Positions 8,626 to 18,438 of a stretch of DNA of 32,000 nucleotides are shown here, one piece after another. Every line of letters starts with the position of its first letter. Position 1 is the first letter of the stretch. The position numbers and the translations under genes were made by a program. Source of the stretch: Desulfotalea psychrophila LSv54 (lineage in GTDB: Bacteria; Desulfobacterota; Desulfobulbia; Desulfobulbales; Desulfocapsaceae); contig NC_006138.1 in NCBI RefSeq assembly GCF_000025945.1, positions 360,001-392,000 on the forward strand. The letters run 5' to 3'. Under the pieces are notes generated by a model, which had not been told where the DNA came from, ran no database searches, and saw nothing but the letters and a program-made list of their open reading frames with translations.

Positions 8626-8702
8626 TCAAGGTGAAAAAACAGCCTTTTAACTTTTATCCTAGTTAAAACAGTTAAAAGTCTGATATACTTTTTTCACCTT
8701 GA
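8626..8702 (+). terminator. Long stem-loop, probable terminator or RNA element between the NifX-like operon and nrfHA
   Basis: TCAAGGTGAAAAAA (8626-8639) is a perfect 14-bp inverted repeat of TTTTTTCACCTTGA (8689-8702), with nested CTTTTAAC/GTTAAAAG, followed by GTTTTTTATTTT. Confidence 0.6.
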
Positions 8703-8800
8703 GTTTTTTATTTTACACTTAAATGGGTGGCAAACAGTTCCAGAACAACCTCCCCTTTATAAGCTGACATCCCTTCTCCCGCTAACCATGAGGCTGTTTT

Positions 8801-9331
8801 ATGAAATCGGGTAAATTCATTGCCTATAGTGCAATTATTGCTCTATTCACTGCAGTTGTCCTGTTTTTCTATCTTCTCGACACGTCAAAGGCCCTCTCCT
8901 ATCTATCAACAGATCCCAAGGCCTGTATCAACTGTCACGTAATGAATGCCCAGTATGCAAGTTGGCAACATAGCTCCCATGCCAATCAGGCAGGTTGTAT
9001 TGACTGCCACCTGCCAACGGATAGCTTTGTCCATAAATACATCTCTAAGGCACGAGACGGATGGAACCACAGCGTCGCCTTTACCCTCAACACCTATGCA
9101 CCCCGAATTGAGATAAGTGCCGATGGGGCAAGACGGGTACAGGCCAACTGTATCTCCTGCCACAACAGGCTGACCGGCACCATCCGGGCAAACGAAGATA
9201 AGTACCACGATTTTTCAAAAGCAAAAGCGACAGAAAGAAAATGCTGGGATTGCCATCGAAACGTTCCCCATGGCGGCGTGCACAGCATCATATCAGCTCC
9301 AAATAATCTTGGTGTAAGAGAATTACAATAG
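8801..9331 (+). CDS. nrfH: Cytochrome c nitrite reductase small subunit (NrfH/NapC family)
   Basis: One N-terminal TM segment and four CXXCH motifs (CINCH, CIDCH, CISCH, CWDCH), immediately upstream of nrfA. Confidence 0.93.
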   Translation: MKSGKFIAYSAIIALFTAVVLFFYLLDTSKALSYLSTDPKACINCHVMNAQYASWQHSSHANQAGCIDCHLPTDSFVHKYISKARDGWNHSVAFTLNTYAPRIEISADGARRVQANCISCHNRLTGTIRANEDKYHDFSKAKATERKCWDCHRNVPHGGVHSIISAPNNLGVRELQ

Positions 9332-9342
9332 GAGGAAACCCT

Positions 9343-10869
9343 GTGAATAAGTCCTATAAAATATTACTGACAGGATCGGTGATTGCAATTGGTGCCATGG
9401 GCCTCATGGCAAACTCCATCAACAGTCGAGAGGCAGAGCGAAAAGAGATCAACACGGGGCCTGTTGTCCAGGCTGAGGGAGTGGCCAGCAAAAACGAAGA
9501 GTGGTATCGTTACTATCCGCGAGAATACGATAGTTGGAAACAGACAAAAAAAAGCGACAAAATCACCGATCTTCTGAGAGAAAAGCCTCAACTTGCGATC
9601 ATCTGGGCCGGCTATGGCTTTGCCAAAGATTACAACGCCCCACGAGGTCATTTCTACGCCATCCAGGACAACATCAACACCCTGCGCACCGGCGCCCCCA
9701 CGGGACCATCCAATGGACCAATGCCCACGGCCTGCTGGACCTGTAAATCCCCCGATGTCCCCCGTCTGATGGACGAGGTGGGTGAAAATGAATTCTTTAC
9801 CGGAAAATGGGCCAAATATGGGAACCAAATCGTCAACCCCATTGGTTGCGCTGACTGTCACAATAGCCAGACGGGTAACCTCGGCTTTAGTCGACCTCAC
9901 CTGGGAAGAGCACTTGAGGCCAGTGGAGTAAATCTTGACGAGATCACCTTCCAAGACATGCGCACCCTGGTCTGTGCCCAATGTCACGTCGAATATTATT
10001 TCCGGCCAACGGAATGGACAGACAAAACGGGTAAGACAAAAACTGCCAAGGTGGTTACCCTGCCCTGGGCCAAGGGACTCTCAGCTGAAAACATGGAAGA
10101 GTATTACGATGAATATAGTTTTAAGGACTGGACCCATAAGATAAGCAAGGCCCCCATGCTCAAGGCTCAGCATCCGGGTTACGAACTCTTCTCCAAGGGA
10201 ATCCACGCCCAAAATGGCGTCTCCTGTGCCGACTGCCATATGCCCTACAAGCAACAGGGTTCCATCAAGTATACAGATCATAATATAGGCAATCCCCTGG
10301 ATGACATAGCCAGCACCTGCCTCACCTGCCACCGTGACAGTGAAAAGGCCTTCAGGGACCGCGTTGCCAGCAAACTTGAACGCAAAGAGCAGCTCATGAA
10401 GATGGCCATGGATACTCTGGCCGCAGCCCATCTTGAAGCAGGAAAGGCCTGGGAACTTGGGGCCACAGAGGCAGAGATGCAGCCCGTACTTGAGCTCCTT
10501 CGCTCCGGCCAATGGCTATGGGATTACTCCATTGCCAGCCATGGTTCCTTCTTTCACTCTCCCGAAGAGACCCTTCGGCTCTTGGGAGTAGCCAATGACA
10601 AGGGTGGCAAAGCGCGAATAAAACTTGCGGCAATTCTGGCTCAACATGGCCTGATCGGCTATCAGGTTCCAGATTTTTCTACCAAGGAAAAAGCCCAGGC
10701 ACTTGCCGGCGTCCCTCTCCAGAAGCTCATTACAGAGAAGAAGGCCTTCGAGTCAACCCTGCTTGAGCAGTGGAATGAGGAGGCCGTAAAAGCTGGCCGT
10801 CTTGATCCTAAAACCCTTGAAGGAATGAGCAACAAGAGTTCCTGGTCTCAAACCGAGCTCTCTCAGTAG
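9343..10869 (+). CDS. nrfA: Ammonia-forming cytochrome c nitrite reductase, catalytic subunit
   Basis: Characteristic CWTCK active-site haem motif plus CADCH, CAQCH, CADCH, CLTCH, and a signal-peptide-like N-terminus. Confidence 0.96.
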   Translation: MNKSYKILLTGSVIAIGAMGLMANSINSREAERKEINTGPVVQAEGVASKNEEWYRYYPREYDSWKQTKKSDKITDLLREKPQLAIIWAGYGFAKDYNAPRGHFYAIQDNINTLRTGAPTGPSNGPMPTACWTCKSPDVPRLMDEVGENEFFTGKWAKYGNQIVNPIGCADCHNSQTGNLGFSRPHLGRALEASGVNLDEITFQDMRTLVCAQCHVEYYFRPTEWTDKTGKTKTAKVVTLPWAKGLSAENMEEYYDEYSFKDWTHKISKAPMLKAQHPGYELFSKGIHAQNGVSCADCHMPYKQQGSIKYTDHNIGNPLDDIASTCLTCHRDSEKAFRDRVASKLERKEQLMKMAMDTLAAAHLEAGKAWELGATEAEMQPVLELLRSGQWLWDYSIASHGSFFHSPEETLRLLGVANDKGGKARIKLAAILAQHGLIGYQVPDFSTKEKAQALAGVPLQKLITEKKAFESTLLEQWNEEAVKAGRLDPKTLEGMSNKSSWSQTELSQ

Positions 10870-11047
10870 AGATTCATAGCTTCCCTCTCCTAGAAATGGC
10901 CCCATTGCCAGCAGACCCTATCTGCAGGTAATGGGGTATTTATTTACCCAAAGCACAATCACGCCTGTTTTTTAAAGATCTATCAGCTCTTTCATAGTAG
11001 GTTGGCGGCCAAAACCAATAAACATTCCCCTCAACCAAGATATAAAA

Positions 11048-12427
11048 ATGGACTTTATTAACTTTTCTCACTCAGGCCTGAAAATCAAAGAACTCACCAT
11101 TACTCCGGGGGATACCTGGTGCTTTTATGGAGGAAATCTCTCGGGCAGTGAAGCGTTCCTCCAACTACTTACTGGCAACCTCGGTCACGAAGGAAAAAAA
11201 CACCCAGCCGTCCTGCCTCAGGCGAGCGTGGTCTCCTTTGATAAACTCCAAGAGGTTTTTGAAGCGGAACTGGCCAAGGATGATTCAGATTTCCTTGACT
11301 ACCTTGATCCCGGTACAGTTGCCGGAGACTTCCTGCCCCATGGTAGCCTCTACCACCCCCTTGTCAGCATCCTGGGAATGAAGGAAAAGCTGGAAACCGG
11401 TTTTAAGCAGCTCAGCTCAGGTCAGGCAAGAAAACTGCTTCTCCTGGAGGCCATCCTTGGTGGGAAAAAACATATTATTCTGCACACCCCCTACGACGGT
11501 TTAGACAGCAAAAGTTGCCTAGAGCTCAACCTTGCCCTCCAGGCCCTACCCGAAAACCTGACCCTGCTCCTCTTTGTTCATAACATAGATGACATACCTG
11601 ACTGGTGCAGCCACATTGGCTGGTTTAAGGACAATGCCCTCTACCGCCAGGGAGACTACAAAGAGATTATCGGCGATATTCGAAGTGAAGAGCTGGAGAT
11701 ACGAGAGATAAACCTGCCCAGCCAGAGCCGTCCCTCCTCCGAAGAGCTACTCTATCTTCGGGCAGGATTTGGCAGCTACCAGGGAAAAAATGTCTTTACC
11801 GGCCTTAATCTACACATCCACTCCGGCGACCACCTCCTTATTACCGGGGCCAACGGCTGCGGCAAGTCGACCCTCCTCCAGATCATCACCGGAGACCATC
11901 CCGACTGCTACGTCAACGACCTCCGTCTCTTTGCCCATAAACGAGGCAGCGGCGAGTCTATCTGGGATATCAAAAAACAGATGGGTATTGTCTCCCCTGA
12001 TCTACATCGAAACCACAGATGCCCGGGTTCTGCCCTGCATATTGTTATCAGCGGTCTCTATGACACCATAGGTCTTTATGTACGTCCCAGTCAGCAGGAG
12101 ATTAAAGAGGGATTAAAATGGATTGCCTGGTTGGGCCTAGAGGAGAAAGCGGAAAAGCCATTTCGCAGCCTGAGCTTTGCCGAGCAACGACTGATCCTCA
12201 TCGCCCGAGGTCTAATAAAGATTCCTCGCCTCCTCATCCTCGACGAGGCAAGTCAGGGACTGGACGAAAGCTACCGGGAACAGTTTATGACCGTTATAGA
12301 AAAAATTGCCCGGGAACAGCTCTCCACCATCCTCTTTGTCAGCCACCGGGAAGATGAACATCGCGATTTTTTCAAATACCACATAAAACTGGGTCAGTAT
12401 AGCCCGCTAAACAGAGAGGAGAAGTAA
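11048..12427 (+). CDS. ABC-type ATPase with two nucleotide-binding domains (ModF/PhrA-like)
   Basis: Second NBD: LLITGANGCGKSTLLQIITG, SFAEQRLILIARGLIKIPRLLILDEASQGLD, FVSHREDE. The first NBD is divergent (LSSGQARKLLLLEAILG). No membrane segments. Confidence 0.88.
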   Translation: MDFINFSHSGLKIKELTITPGDTWCFYGGNLSGSEAFLQLLTGNLGHEGKKHPAVLPQASVVSFDKLQEVFEAELAKDDSDFLDYLDPGTVAGDFLPHGSLYHPLVSILGMKEKLETGFKQLSSGQARKLLLLEAILGGKKHIILHTPYDGLDSKSCLELNLALQALPENLTLLLFVHNIDDIPDWCSHIGWFKDNALYRQGDYKEIIGDIRSEELEIREINLPSQSRPSSEELLYLRAGFGSYQGKNVFTGLNLHIHSGDHLLITGANGCGKSTLLQIITGDHPDCYVNDLRLFAHKRGSGESIWDIKKQMGIVSPDLHRNHRCPGSALHIVISGLYDTIGLYVRPSQQEIKEGLKWIAWLGLEEKAEKPFRSLSFAEQRLILIARGLIKIPRLLILDEASQGLDESYREQFMTVIEKIAREQLSTILFVSHREDEHRDFFKYHIKLGQYSPLNREEK

Positions 12428-12428
12428 T

Positions 12429-12734
12429 ATGATTACCGTTCTAGCCTCAATAACTGTCAAAGATGGCTCTATGGAGGAGTTTCTCCGTATATTCAAGGAG
12501 AACGTGTCAGCGGTTCTCGCCGAGGAGGGCTGTATTGAATACTACCCCGCCATCGATACCAGAACAGATCTCCCCCCCCAGATCTACCAGGAAAACACAG
12601 TAACCATCATAGAAAAATGGCAGAGCTTAGCCGCCCTCAAGGCCCATCTGGCCACAGCGCATATGCTTGCCTATAAAGAGGCCACCGCCTCCATGCTGGA
12701 AACACTCTCCCTCAAGATATTGGAAAACGCATAG
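12429..12734 (+). CDS. Antibiotic biosynthesis monooxygenase (ABM)-like / putative quinol monooxygenase
   Basis: MITVLASITVKDGSMEEFLRIFKENVSAVLAEEGCIEYYPAIDT...VTIIEKWQSLAALKAHLATAHM, an ABM-type ferredoxin fold pattern. Confidence 0.85.
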   Translation: MITVLASITVKDGSMEEFLRIFKENVSAVLAEEGCIEYYPAIDTRTDLPPQIYQENTVTIIEKWQSLAALKAHLATAHMLAYKEATASMLETLSLKILENA

Positions 12735-13281
12735 GAGAGAGCACACTCTTTGCCCCCTCCTTGTCTCAGCCAATGACCAGGGCTACTGCCCCAAGTAGCC
12801 CATCGCTGAGAGCCTCAGGCCAACTACGTTCAGCCAATCTCATCGGTTGAGTAGCGGGCAGGAGGAGGGGCAACCCCATAACATATTTTCCTACACTTAT
12901 ACCGACTCGACGCCAAAGGTAATCACACCCTGAAGGCTGTTACCCATCAAACTATTTTCTCCACCCAACTCGTTAATTCACCGAATCAAACTAAGCGAAA
13001 CTCTCTCTCCATTGATCTTCAATATCATTTTATTATCTCATTGCTATTTTTAAGAGGTAGCAGCGAGCTCTACAAACCAACATCCCAGAAAGCTGCTCTA
13101 TGGCAAATATGGATAAGCCCCGACAGCCATCACCCACAAATATTTCACCTTGATGGCGAACTACACAATATTAAAATCTATTTTAAACTCATTTTTTCTG
13201 TACTTAGTGATAAGTTTGTGGGATGCTAGCAGAAATCAGCTCTTCACCAGAACTCATCCGAAGAACCAAGGGCAAAAAATA

Positions 13282-14034
13282 ATGGTCAAGATACTCCTCA
13301 TACAGGCCGCCAGAAAACTGTGGACAGCAACAAAGGATCTGTTGCCAATAATCCTCATTATAGCCTTCTTTCAGATAGTTGTCATCAAACAGCCCCTGCC
13401 AGATGCAGGAGGGATACTGACAGGATTGCTCCTGGTAATCTTGGGTCTTGCCCTCTTTGTCGAAGGACTGGAAATTGCCCTCTTCCCCATCGGCGAAAGC
13501 ATGGCCCACGCCCTCTCTAAAAAAGGTAGTGTCTTTTGGGTCCTCACCTTTGCCTTTCTTCTCGGCTTCTCGACCACAATTGCAGAGCCCGCCCTGGTAG
13601 CGGTCTCCGGCAAGGCAGCAGACGTTGCCGTCCGGGGAGGCCTGCTGGAAAACACACCCCAGGCAATTGCCTCCTATGCAACAGGAATCCGACTTTCAGT
13701 GGCCTTTTCCGTTGGCCTTGCCATCCTCCTCGGCGTACTGCGTATCCTCCTGGGTTGGCCCATACATTTTATTATTATCGGCGGCTACCTGTTGGTGATG
13801 CTGATAAGCAGCGTCGCTCCCAAGGAGATAATCGGCATTGCCTACGATGCAGGAGGTGTCACCACCTCCACCATTACCGTTCCCCTCGTCACCGCTCTCG
13901 GAGTAGGTTTGGCAACGGTTATCAAAGGCAGAAGCCCCCTTCTCGATGGCTTTGGCCTCATCGCCTTCGCCTCCCTGTTACCCATGATATTCGTCATGGG
14001 CTACGGCATATTTATGTTTGGATGGGCATTATGA
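13282..14034 (+). CDS. DUF1538 family membrane protein, first half-protein
   Basis: Multiple TM helices; motifs [39 protein letters not shown] and [19 protein letters not shown]. The start at 13282 is in frame with the longer tracked ORF. Confidence 0.85.
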   Translation: MVKILLIQAARKLWTATKDLLPIILIIAFFQIVVIKQPLPDAGGILTGLLLVILGLALFVEGLEIALFPIGESMAHALSKKGSVFWVLTFAFLLGFSTTIAEPALVAVSGKAADVAVRGGLLENTPQAIASYATGIRLSVAFSVGLAILLGVLRILLGWPIHFIIIGGYLLVMLISSVAPKEIIGIAYDAGGVTTSTITVPLVTALGVGLATVIKGRSPLLDGFGLIAFASLLPMIFVMGYGIFMFGWAL

Positions 14035-14807
14035 TAATTGAACTTTTTTGGACACTGCTCTCGACCATACGGGACGTTCTTCCCATCATCCTTCTCTTTG
14101 GTTTTTTTCAACTGGTGGTACTTCGCAGCGCCCTGCCCAATCCCAGACGTCTCTGCTTTGGCATTGTCTATGTTATCCTTGGTCTTACCCTCTTTTTAGT
14201 GGGACTTGAAAACGCCCTCTTCCCCATCGGCAAGATCATGGCTACCCAACTCACCGACCCCATCTTTCTCCAAGGTGACAGGGCAAGTATCGACCTCGGC
14301 TATTGGGCAAATTATGGGTGGATATACTGTTTTGCCGCCTGCATTGGCTTTGCCACAACCATTGCGGAGCCATCCCTTATAGCTGTCGCCTATAAGGCTA
14401 ATGAGGTGTCCGGTGGTGCCATTAGCAGCTGGGGCCTGCGCATCACCGTTGCCACAGGAGTTGCCATTGGCATCAGCCTTGGCTCATTTCGAATTGTCAC
14501 AGGAACACCCCTATATTTATATATAATGGTAGGGTATATTATTGTTATATTACAAACATTTTTCACCCCAAAATCCATTATCGCCCTGGCCTACGACTCG
14601 GGCGGAGTGACAACCTCCACGGTAACGGTACCCATTGTAACAGCGCTTGGACTCGGACTTGCCACCTCTGTGCCTGGACGATCTCCTGCAATTGACGGCT
14701 TTGGCCTCATCGCCTTTGCCTCTCTTTTTCCTATTATTACGGTATTAGGATATGCTCAATATATTCATTGGGTAAGTACTCGGAATAAGAAACCCATAAA
14801 GGAGTAA
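14031..14807 (+). CDS. DUF1538 family membrane protein, second half-protein
   Basis: Start ATG overlaps the upstream stop (ATGA). Motifs [40 protein letters not shown] and [19 protein letters not shown] mirror the first copy. Confidence 0.85.
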   Translation: MIIELFWTLLSTIRDVLPIILLFGFFQLVVLRSALPNPRRLCFGIVYVILGLTLFLVGLENALFPIGKIMATQLTDPIFLQGDRASIDLGYWANYGWIYCFAACIGFATTIAEPSLIAVAYKANEVSGGAISSWGLRITVATGVAIGISLGSFRIVTGTPLYLYIMVGYIIVILQTFFTPKSIIALAYDSGGVTTSTVTVPIVTALGLGLATSVPGRSPAIDGFGLIAFASLFPIITVLGYAQYIHWVSTRNKKPIKE

Positions 14808-14810
14808 AAT

Positions 14811-15158
14811 ATGCGATTTCAACTTATTCTAGCATCCGTTAAATCGGATATCACAGATAAGGTTGTTGATGGAGCAAAGGCAGCGGGAGCAACGGGAGCA
14901 ACAATTATCACTGCCCGTGGCACTGGCCTTCGTGAGGCAAAGACATTTTTTGGTCTCTCCCTGGAGGCTCAAACGGACATCATCATGTTCTTGGTAGAAG
15001 AACATGTTCTCCAACCCATACTCGATGCCATTGGTACCATAGGTGAGTTTCACAAACCAGGCACAGGCATCGCCTTTGTCCTGCCCGTGGACCAGGTTAT
15101 TGGCCTTGAAAGCCAGATAGAAAGATTTAAAGAAGAAGCGCGAAAAAAATACTTTTAA
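14811..15158 (+). CDS. P-II-like signalling protein
   Basis: MRFQLILASVKSDITDKVVDGAKAAGATGATIITARGTGLREAKTFFGLSLEAQTDIIMFLVEEHVLQPILDAI. PII-like fold signature and T-loop region, 3 nt after the upstream stop. Confidence 0.85.
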   Translation: MRFQLILASVKSDITDKVVDGAKAAGATGATIITARGTGLREAKTFFGLSLEAQTDIIMFLVEEHVLQPILDAIGTIGEFHKPGTGIAFVLPVDQVIGLESQIERFKEEARKKYF

Positions 15159-15179
15159 TATCAATTAAGAGGTCACAAG

Positions 15180-15578
15180 ATGATTGAAAAAAAACTCGTC
15201 AGAGCCCGTGACGTAATGCGCAAACAGGTCCCCACCATCGATGGCATGGCCACCGCCCGCGATGCTGCCAATATGATGAAAGAGCATCAGGTCTCCTCAT
15301 TGATCGTCAATAAAAGGGACGAAAACGATGCCTACGGTCTTATCAGCATCCAGGACCTTATCACCGAGGTTATGATCCCGGCCCGGGAGGCAGATATGGT
15401 AAATGTCTATGAACTTATGACAAAACCAATCATTTCAGTCTCTGCTGATATGGACATCCGCTATGTAATCCGTCTGCTACACAGGGTAAATATGCGCCGC
15501 GCCCCCGTGGAAGAGAATGGTCACCTGGTTGGCATGGTCACCCTCACCTCACTGGTTCTCGACCACGATCTTTTTTAA
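15180..15578 (+). CDS. CBS-domain pair protein
   Basis: DVMRKQVPTIDGMATARDAANMMKEHQVSSLIVNK...DLITEV and VYELMTKPIISVSADMDIRYVIRLLHRVNMRRAPVEENGHLVGMVTLTSLV. Confidence 0.9.
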   Translation: MIEKKLVRARDVMRKQVPTIDGMATARDAANMMKEHQVSSLIVNKRDENDAYGLISIQDLITEVMIPAREADMVNVYELMTKPIISVSADMDIRYVIRLLHRVNMRRAPVEENGHLVGMVTLTSLVLDHDLF

Positions 15579-15608
15579 CTGAAAAAAAACTACCTCCCTG
15601 AAACAGGC

Positions 15609-16214
15609 CTAATAGCTGGGTGCGCCCGCAAGCAACATCTCAGCAATAGTTTTCTTTACCTTGGGCAGAGAGGCCCGTTTATAGAGACAGAGCTCATTTT
15701 CAAGCTGAAGTAGCTGACTCAGATGAGGGGTGCGCTCAACATGGGGAGCACTCTCCGTTCCGGCAAAGCGTGAGGTCACAATCTCCTGGCAACGGAAACA
15801 ACCGAGAAAATGACGTATCTGCCCGTTGGGAAAGCGCATAACAGCAGGGACTCCATGGGTGCGGCAAACAAGCAAGCGGTGCTTATAAAGAACACAGAGC
15901 CCCTCCCGGTTAAGAGGACACATCAGCTGCGGACGCTCCTGACGCGCCTCTGCCATCTGGCAGCCAGCGACATAGTCCCGACAACGCCCCAGGATATCGG
16001 CCTGCGCCCCCGCTTCCAGCTCAGAGAACCCCTGCCAGAGATATGCCCACTCCACATAGGTATGGTGGAGAAAATAAGAGTCACAGCAATTATCAGCACA
16101 ACCATCACAGCTAAATCCTAACTCAGCCGCCACCAGGGAATAGGCATCTGCCATCTCTGCATAAGTCGCCTCCATACGAGCCATCTGCTCTGAAGAGAGA
16201 AGCAATTCAGTCAT
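15609..16214 (-). CDS. YkgJ-type cysteine-cluster (putative metal-binding) protein
   Basis: Conserved Cys pattern: CDGCADNCC...CPLNREGLCVLYKHRLLVCRTHGVP...CFRC. Confidence 0.7.
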   Translation of the reverse strand: MTELLLSSEQMARMEATYAEMADAYSLVAAELGFSCDGCADNCCDSYFLHHTYVEWAYLWQGFSELEAGAQADILGRCRDYVAGCQMAEARQERPQLMCPLNREGLCVLYKHRLLVCRTHGVPAVMRFPNGQIRHFLGCFRCQEIVTSRFAGTESAPHVERTPHLSQLLQLENELCLYKRASLPKVKKTIAEMLLAGAPSY

Positions 16215-16528
16215 AAAAATCTCCTAGTAAATCATTAGAAAAAACGGGAAAAAGGCGCAAGCCTTCCTCTCACGGACACCCTCAAACAGCAGTGACCAGA
16301 GTACCATATTCCCACAAAGACCAACATTTTTAATGAATGCCAGCCCTTGCCAAAATATATTCACAGAAAGCAGGGTCTTACAGAATAAGGTCAATTCCTC
16401 AAAGCAGGCCCAAACAGAGGGCAGGCAGGGTTACGGGGGGAAGTTAGGCTGAGAGAAAGGGGGCGGTGAACAGGAGAGCAGAGGCATAGCTGGACAGACG
16501 AGGCAACTGCCCGCCCAGCTTTGAGCCA

Positions 16529-18412
16529 CTAGAGGTGCTGAGGAATATCCCGTGGATCGGTCATCTTTTCAGGCGAGAGCATATCATCCAGCTCCTTCTT
16601 GGTAAGCAGACCCTTCTCCAGGACAAGATTATAAACGCTGCCACCTGTCTTCAGGGCCTCCTTGGCAATGGCAGCAGACGGCTCATAACCGATAACCGGG
16701 ACCAAAGCGGTAACAAGACCAATGCTATTTTCCACATAGGAACGACAGACGTCACGATTCGCCTCAATACCGACGATGCAACGAGAGGCCAAGGTGACGC
16801 AGGCATTTTTAAGAATCATCATACCGTGGAGCAGGTCGTAGGCAATAATTGGCTCCGCCATACAGAGCTCCAACTCACTGGACTCGGCGGCCATGGAAAC
16901 CACAGTATCGTAGCCAATAACCTGATAGCAGATCTGATTGACCACCTCAGGAATAACAGGATTAACCTTGCCCGGCATGATGGAAGAGCCTGGCTGCATG
17001 GGTGGCAGGTTTATCTCATTGAGACCACAACGGGGCCCGGAGGAGAGCCAGCGCAGATCATTACATATCTTTGAAATTTGCACCGCAGCCCGTTTCATGG
17101 TCGCAGACATCTGGACAAAGGTACCCGCATTTTGGGTGGCCTCAACAAGATTTCCTGCTCTTTTCAGGGGAAAGCCACTCACCTCAACAAGCTTTTCAGT
17201 TACCAGATCGGCATAGCCTAGAGGACAGTTAATGCCGGTGCCAATGGCAGTAGCCCCCATATTAATATGCATAAACTCTTCGGATGCACCCTCTATGGCA
17301 CGCATGGCACTTCCCACCATTACAGCATAGGCACTAAATTCCTGGCCAAGAGTCATGGGCACCGCATCCTGATTTTCCGTTCGTCCCATCTTCAAAACAT
17401 CCTTAAACTCAACGGATTTTTGCAGAAGGGCATTTTTCAGATCCTCCATCCCTCGGGCCAGGTTACGATGCGAGAGCAGTACGGCAAGTTTGACCGCCGT
17501 GGGATAGGTATCGTTGGTCGACTGAGAACAGTTGGCATGATCGTTGGGATGCAGGTACTGATACTCTCCCTTCTCATGCCCCATAAGCTCCAGACCACGG
17601 TTGGTTATGACCTCGTTGGCATTCATATTGGTGGAGGTGCCCGCCCCGCCCTGGAACATATCCACTGCAAAATGCTCATGCAATTTACCCTCTAAGAGCT
17701 CAACACAAGCTCCACAGAGAGCCTCCATCTTCTCCCCATCCATCACCCCAAGCTCAAAGTTAGCGCGAGCAGCAGCAATCTTAATAAAGGCAAATCCTTC
17801 GATGAGATGACTAAAATTACTTACCGGCACCCCGGAGATCGGAAAATTCTCTATAGCTCTCTGAGTTTGCACCCCATAATAGGCATCACCGGGAATCTCC
17901 CTATGTCCCAGGGAATCATGTTCCAGGCGAAAACCGCTCATCGTCCGTCTTTTACAGGTTTCACCATAAAGCTGCTCGGAAAGTGTGCGCATACGCCTAT
18001 TGATGGCCACCGCGACCCGGGAAACCAATCGATAAAATATCTCCGGTTGCTCCTTTCTGAAAACATCAATCTTTTCCCGGGAAACCTGCCAGACCACCGC
18101 CCCTAAACGGGTATAACCTCCATTGGCATGGGAATCCTGATCAATAAAGACACCCTCGGATATCAATCCTCCCGCAGAAACGGTACCAACACGGTGAGAG
18201 CTACCATGCAGGCCACGAACAAGCTGAATCTCTCCGGCAAGAATAATTCCTGCCCAGTTTCTAGGAGTTGATTCCTGAAAGAGCCAATCACCGGCTGCAT
18301 ACTCTATACGCTCACCCTGAGCAAAAAATGTCTGTAAATCTACCTCTTCAATTCCCGCCGTCAGCGCTGCCTGCTTAAGAGTATTTTCATCTAACTTCAT
18401 AATATCCTCCAA
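16529..18412 (-). CDS. aspA: Aspartate ammonia-lyase with N-terminal cyclic-nucleotide-binding-like domain
   Basis: N-terminal ~150 aa Crp-like beta-roll (AAGDWLFQESTPRNWAGIILAGEIQLVRGLHGSSHRVGTVSAGGLISEG). Then a full AspA: EIPGDAYYGVQTQRAIENF, STNMNANEVI, NCSQSTNDTYPTAVK, TGINCPLGYADL, GSSIMPGKVNPVIPEVVNQ. Confidence 0.93.
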   Translation of the reverse strand: MEDIMKLDENTLKQAALTAGIEEVDLQTFFAQGERIEYAAGDWLFQESTPRNWAGIILAGEIQLVRGLHGSSHRVGTVSAGGLISEGVFIDQDSHANGGYTRLGAVVWQVSREKIDVFRKEQPEIFYRLVSRVAVAINRRMRTLSEQLYGETCKRRTMSGFRLEHDSLGHREIPGDAYYGVQTQRAIENFPISGVPVSNFSHLIEGFAFIKIAAARANFELGVMDGEKMEALCGACVELLEGKLHEHFAVDMFQGGAGTSTNMNANEVITNRGLELMGHEKGEYQYLHPNDHANCSQSTNDTYPTAVKLAVLLSHRNLARGMEDLKNALLQKSVEFKDVLKMGRTENQDAVPMTLGQEFSAYAVMVGSAMRAIEGASEEFMHINMGATAIGTGINCPLGYADLVTEKLVEVSGFPLKRAGNLVEATQNAGTFVQMSATMKRAAVQISKICNDLRWLSSGPRCGLNEINLPPMQPGSSIMPGKVNPVIPEVVNQICYQVIGYDTVVSMAAESSELELCMAEPIIAYDLLHGMMILKNACVTLASRCIVGIEANRDVCRSYVENSIGLVTALVPVIGYEPSAAIAKEALKTGGSVYNLVLEKGLLTKKELDDMLSPEKMTDPRDIPQHL

Positions 18413-18438
18413 AAAGTTGATTGATATGCGGCCCTATA

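Noticed and set aside
10081-10512. Minus-strand ORF of 143 aa.
   Set aside because: Fully inside nrfA on the opposite strand, whose haem motifs are unambiguous.
13536-14030. N-terminal 165 codons of the tracked ORF 13536-14807.
   Set aside because: This is out-of-frame reading through the first DUF1538 gene. The real start is ATG at 14031.
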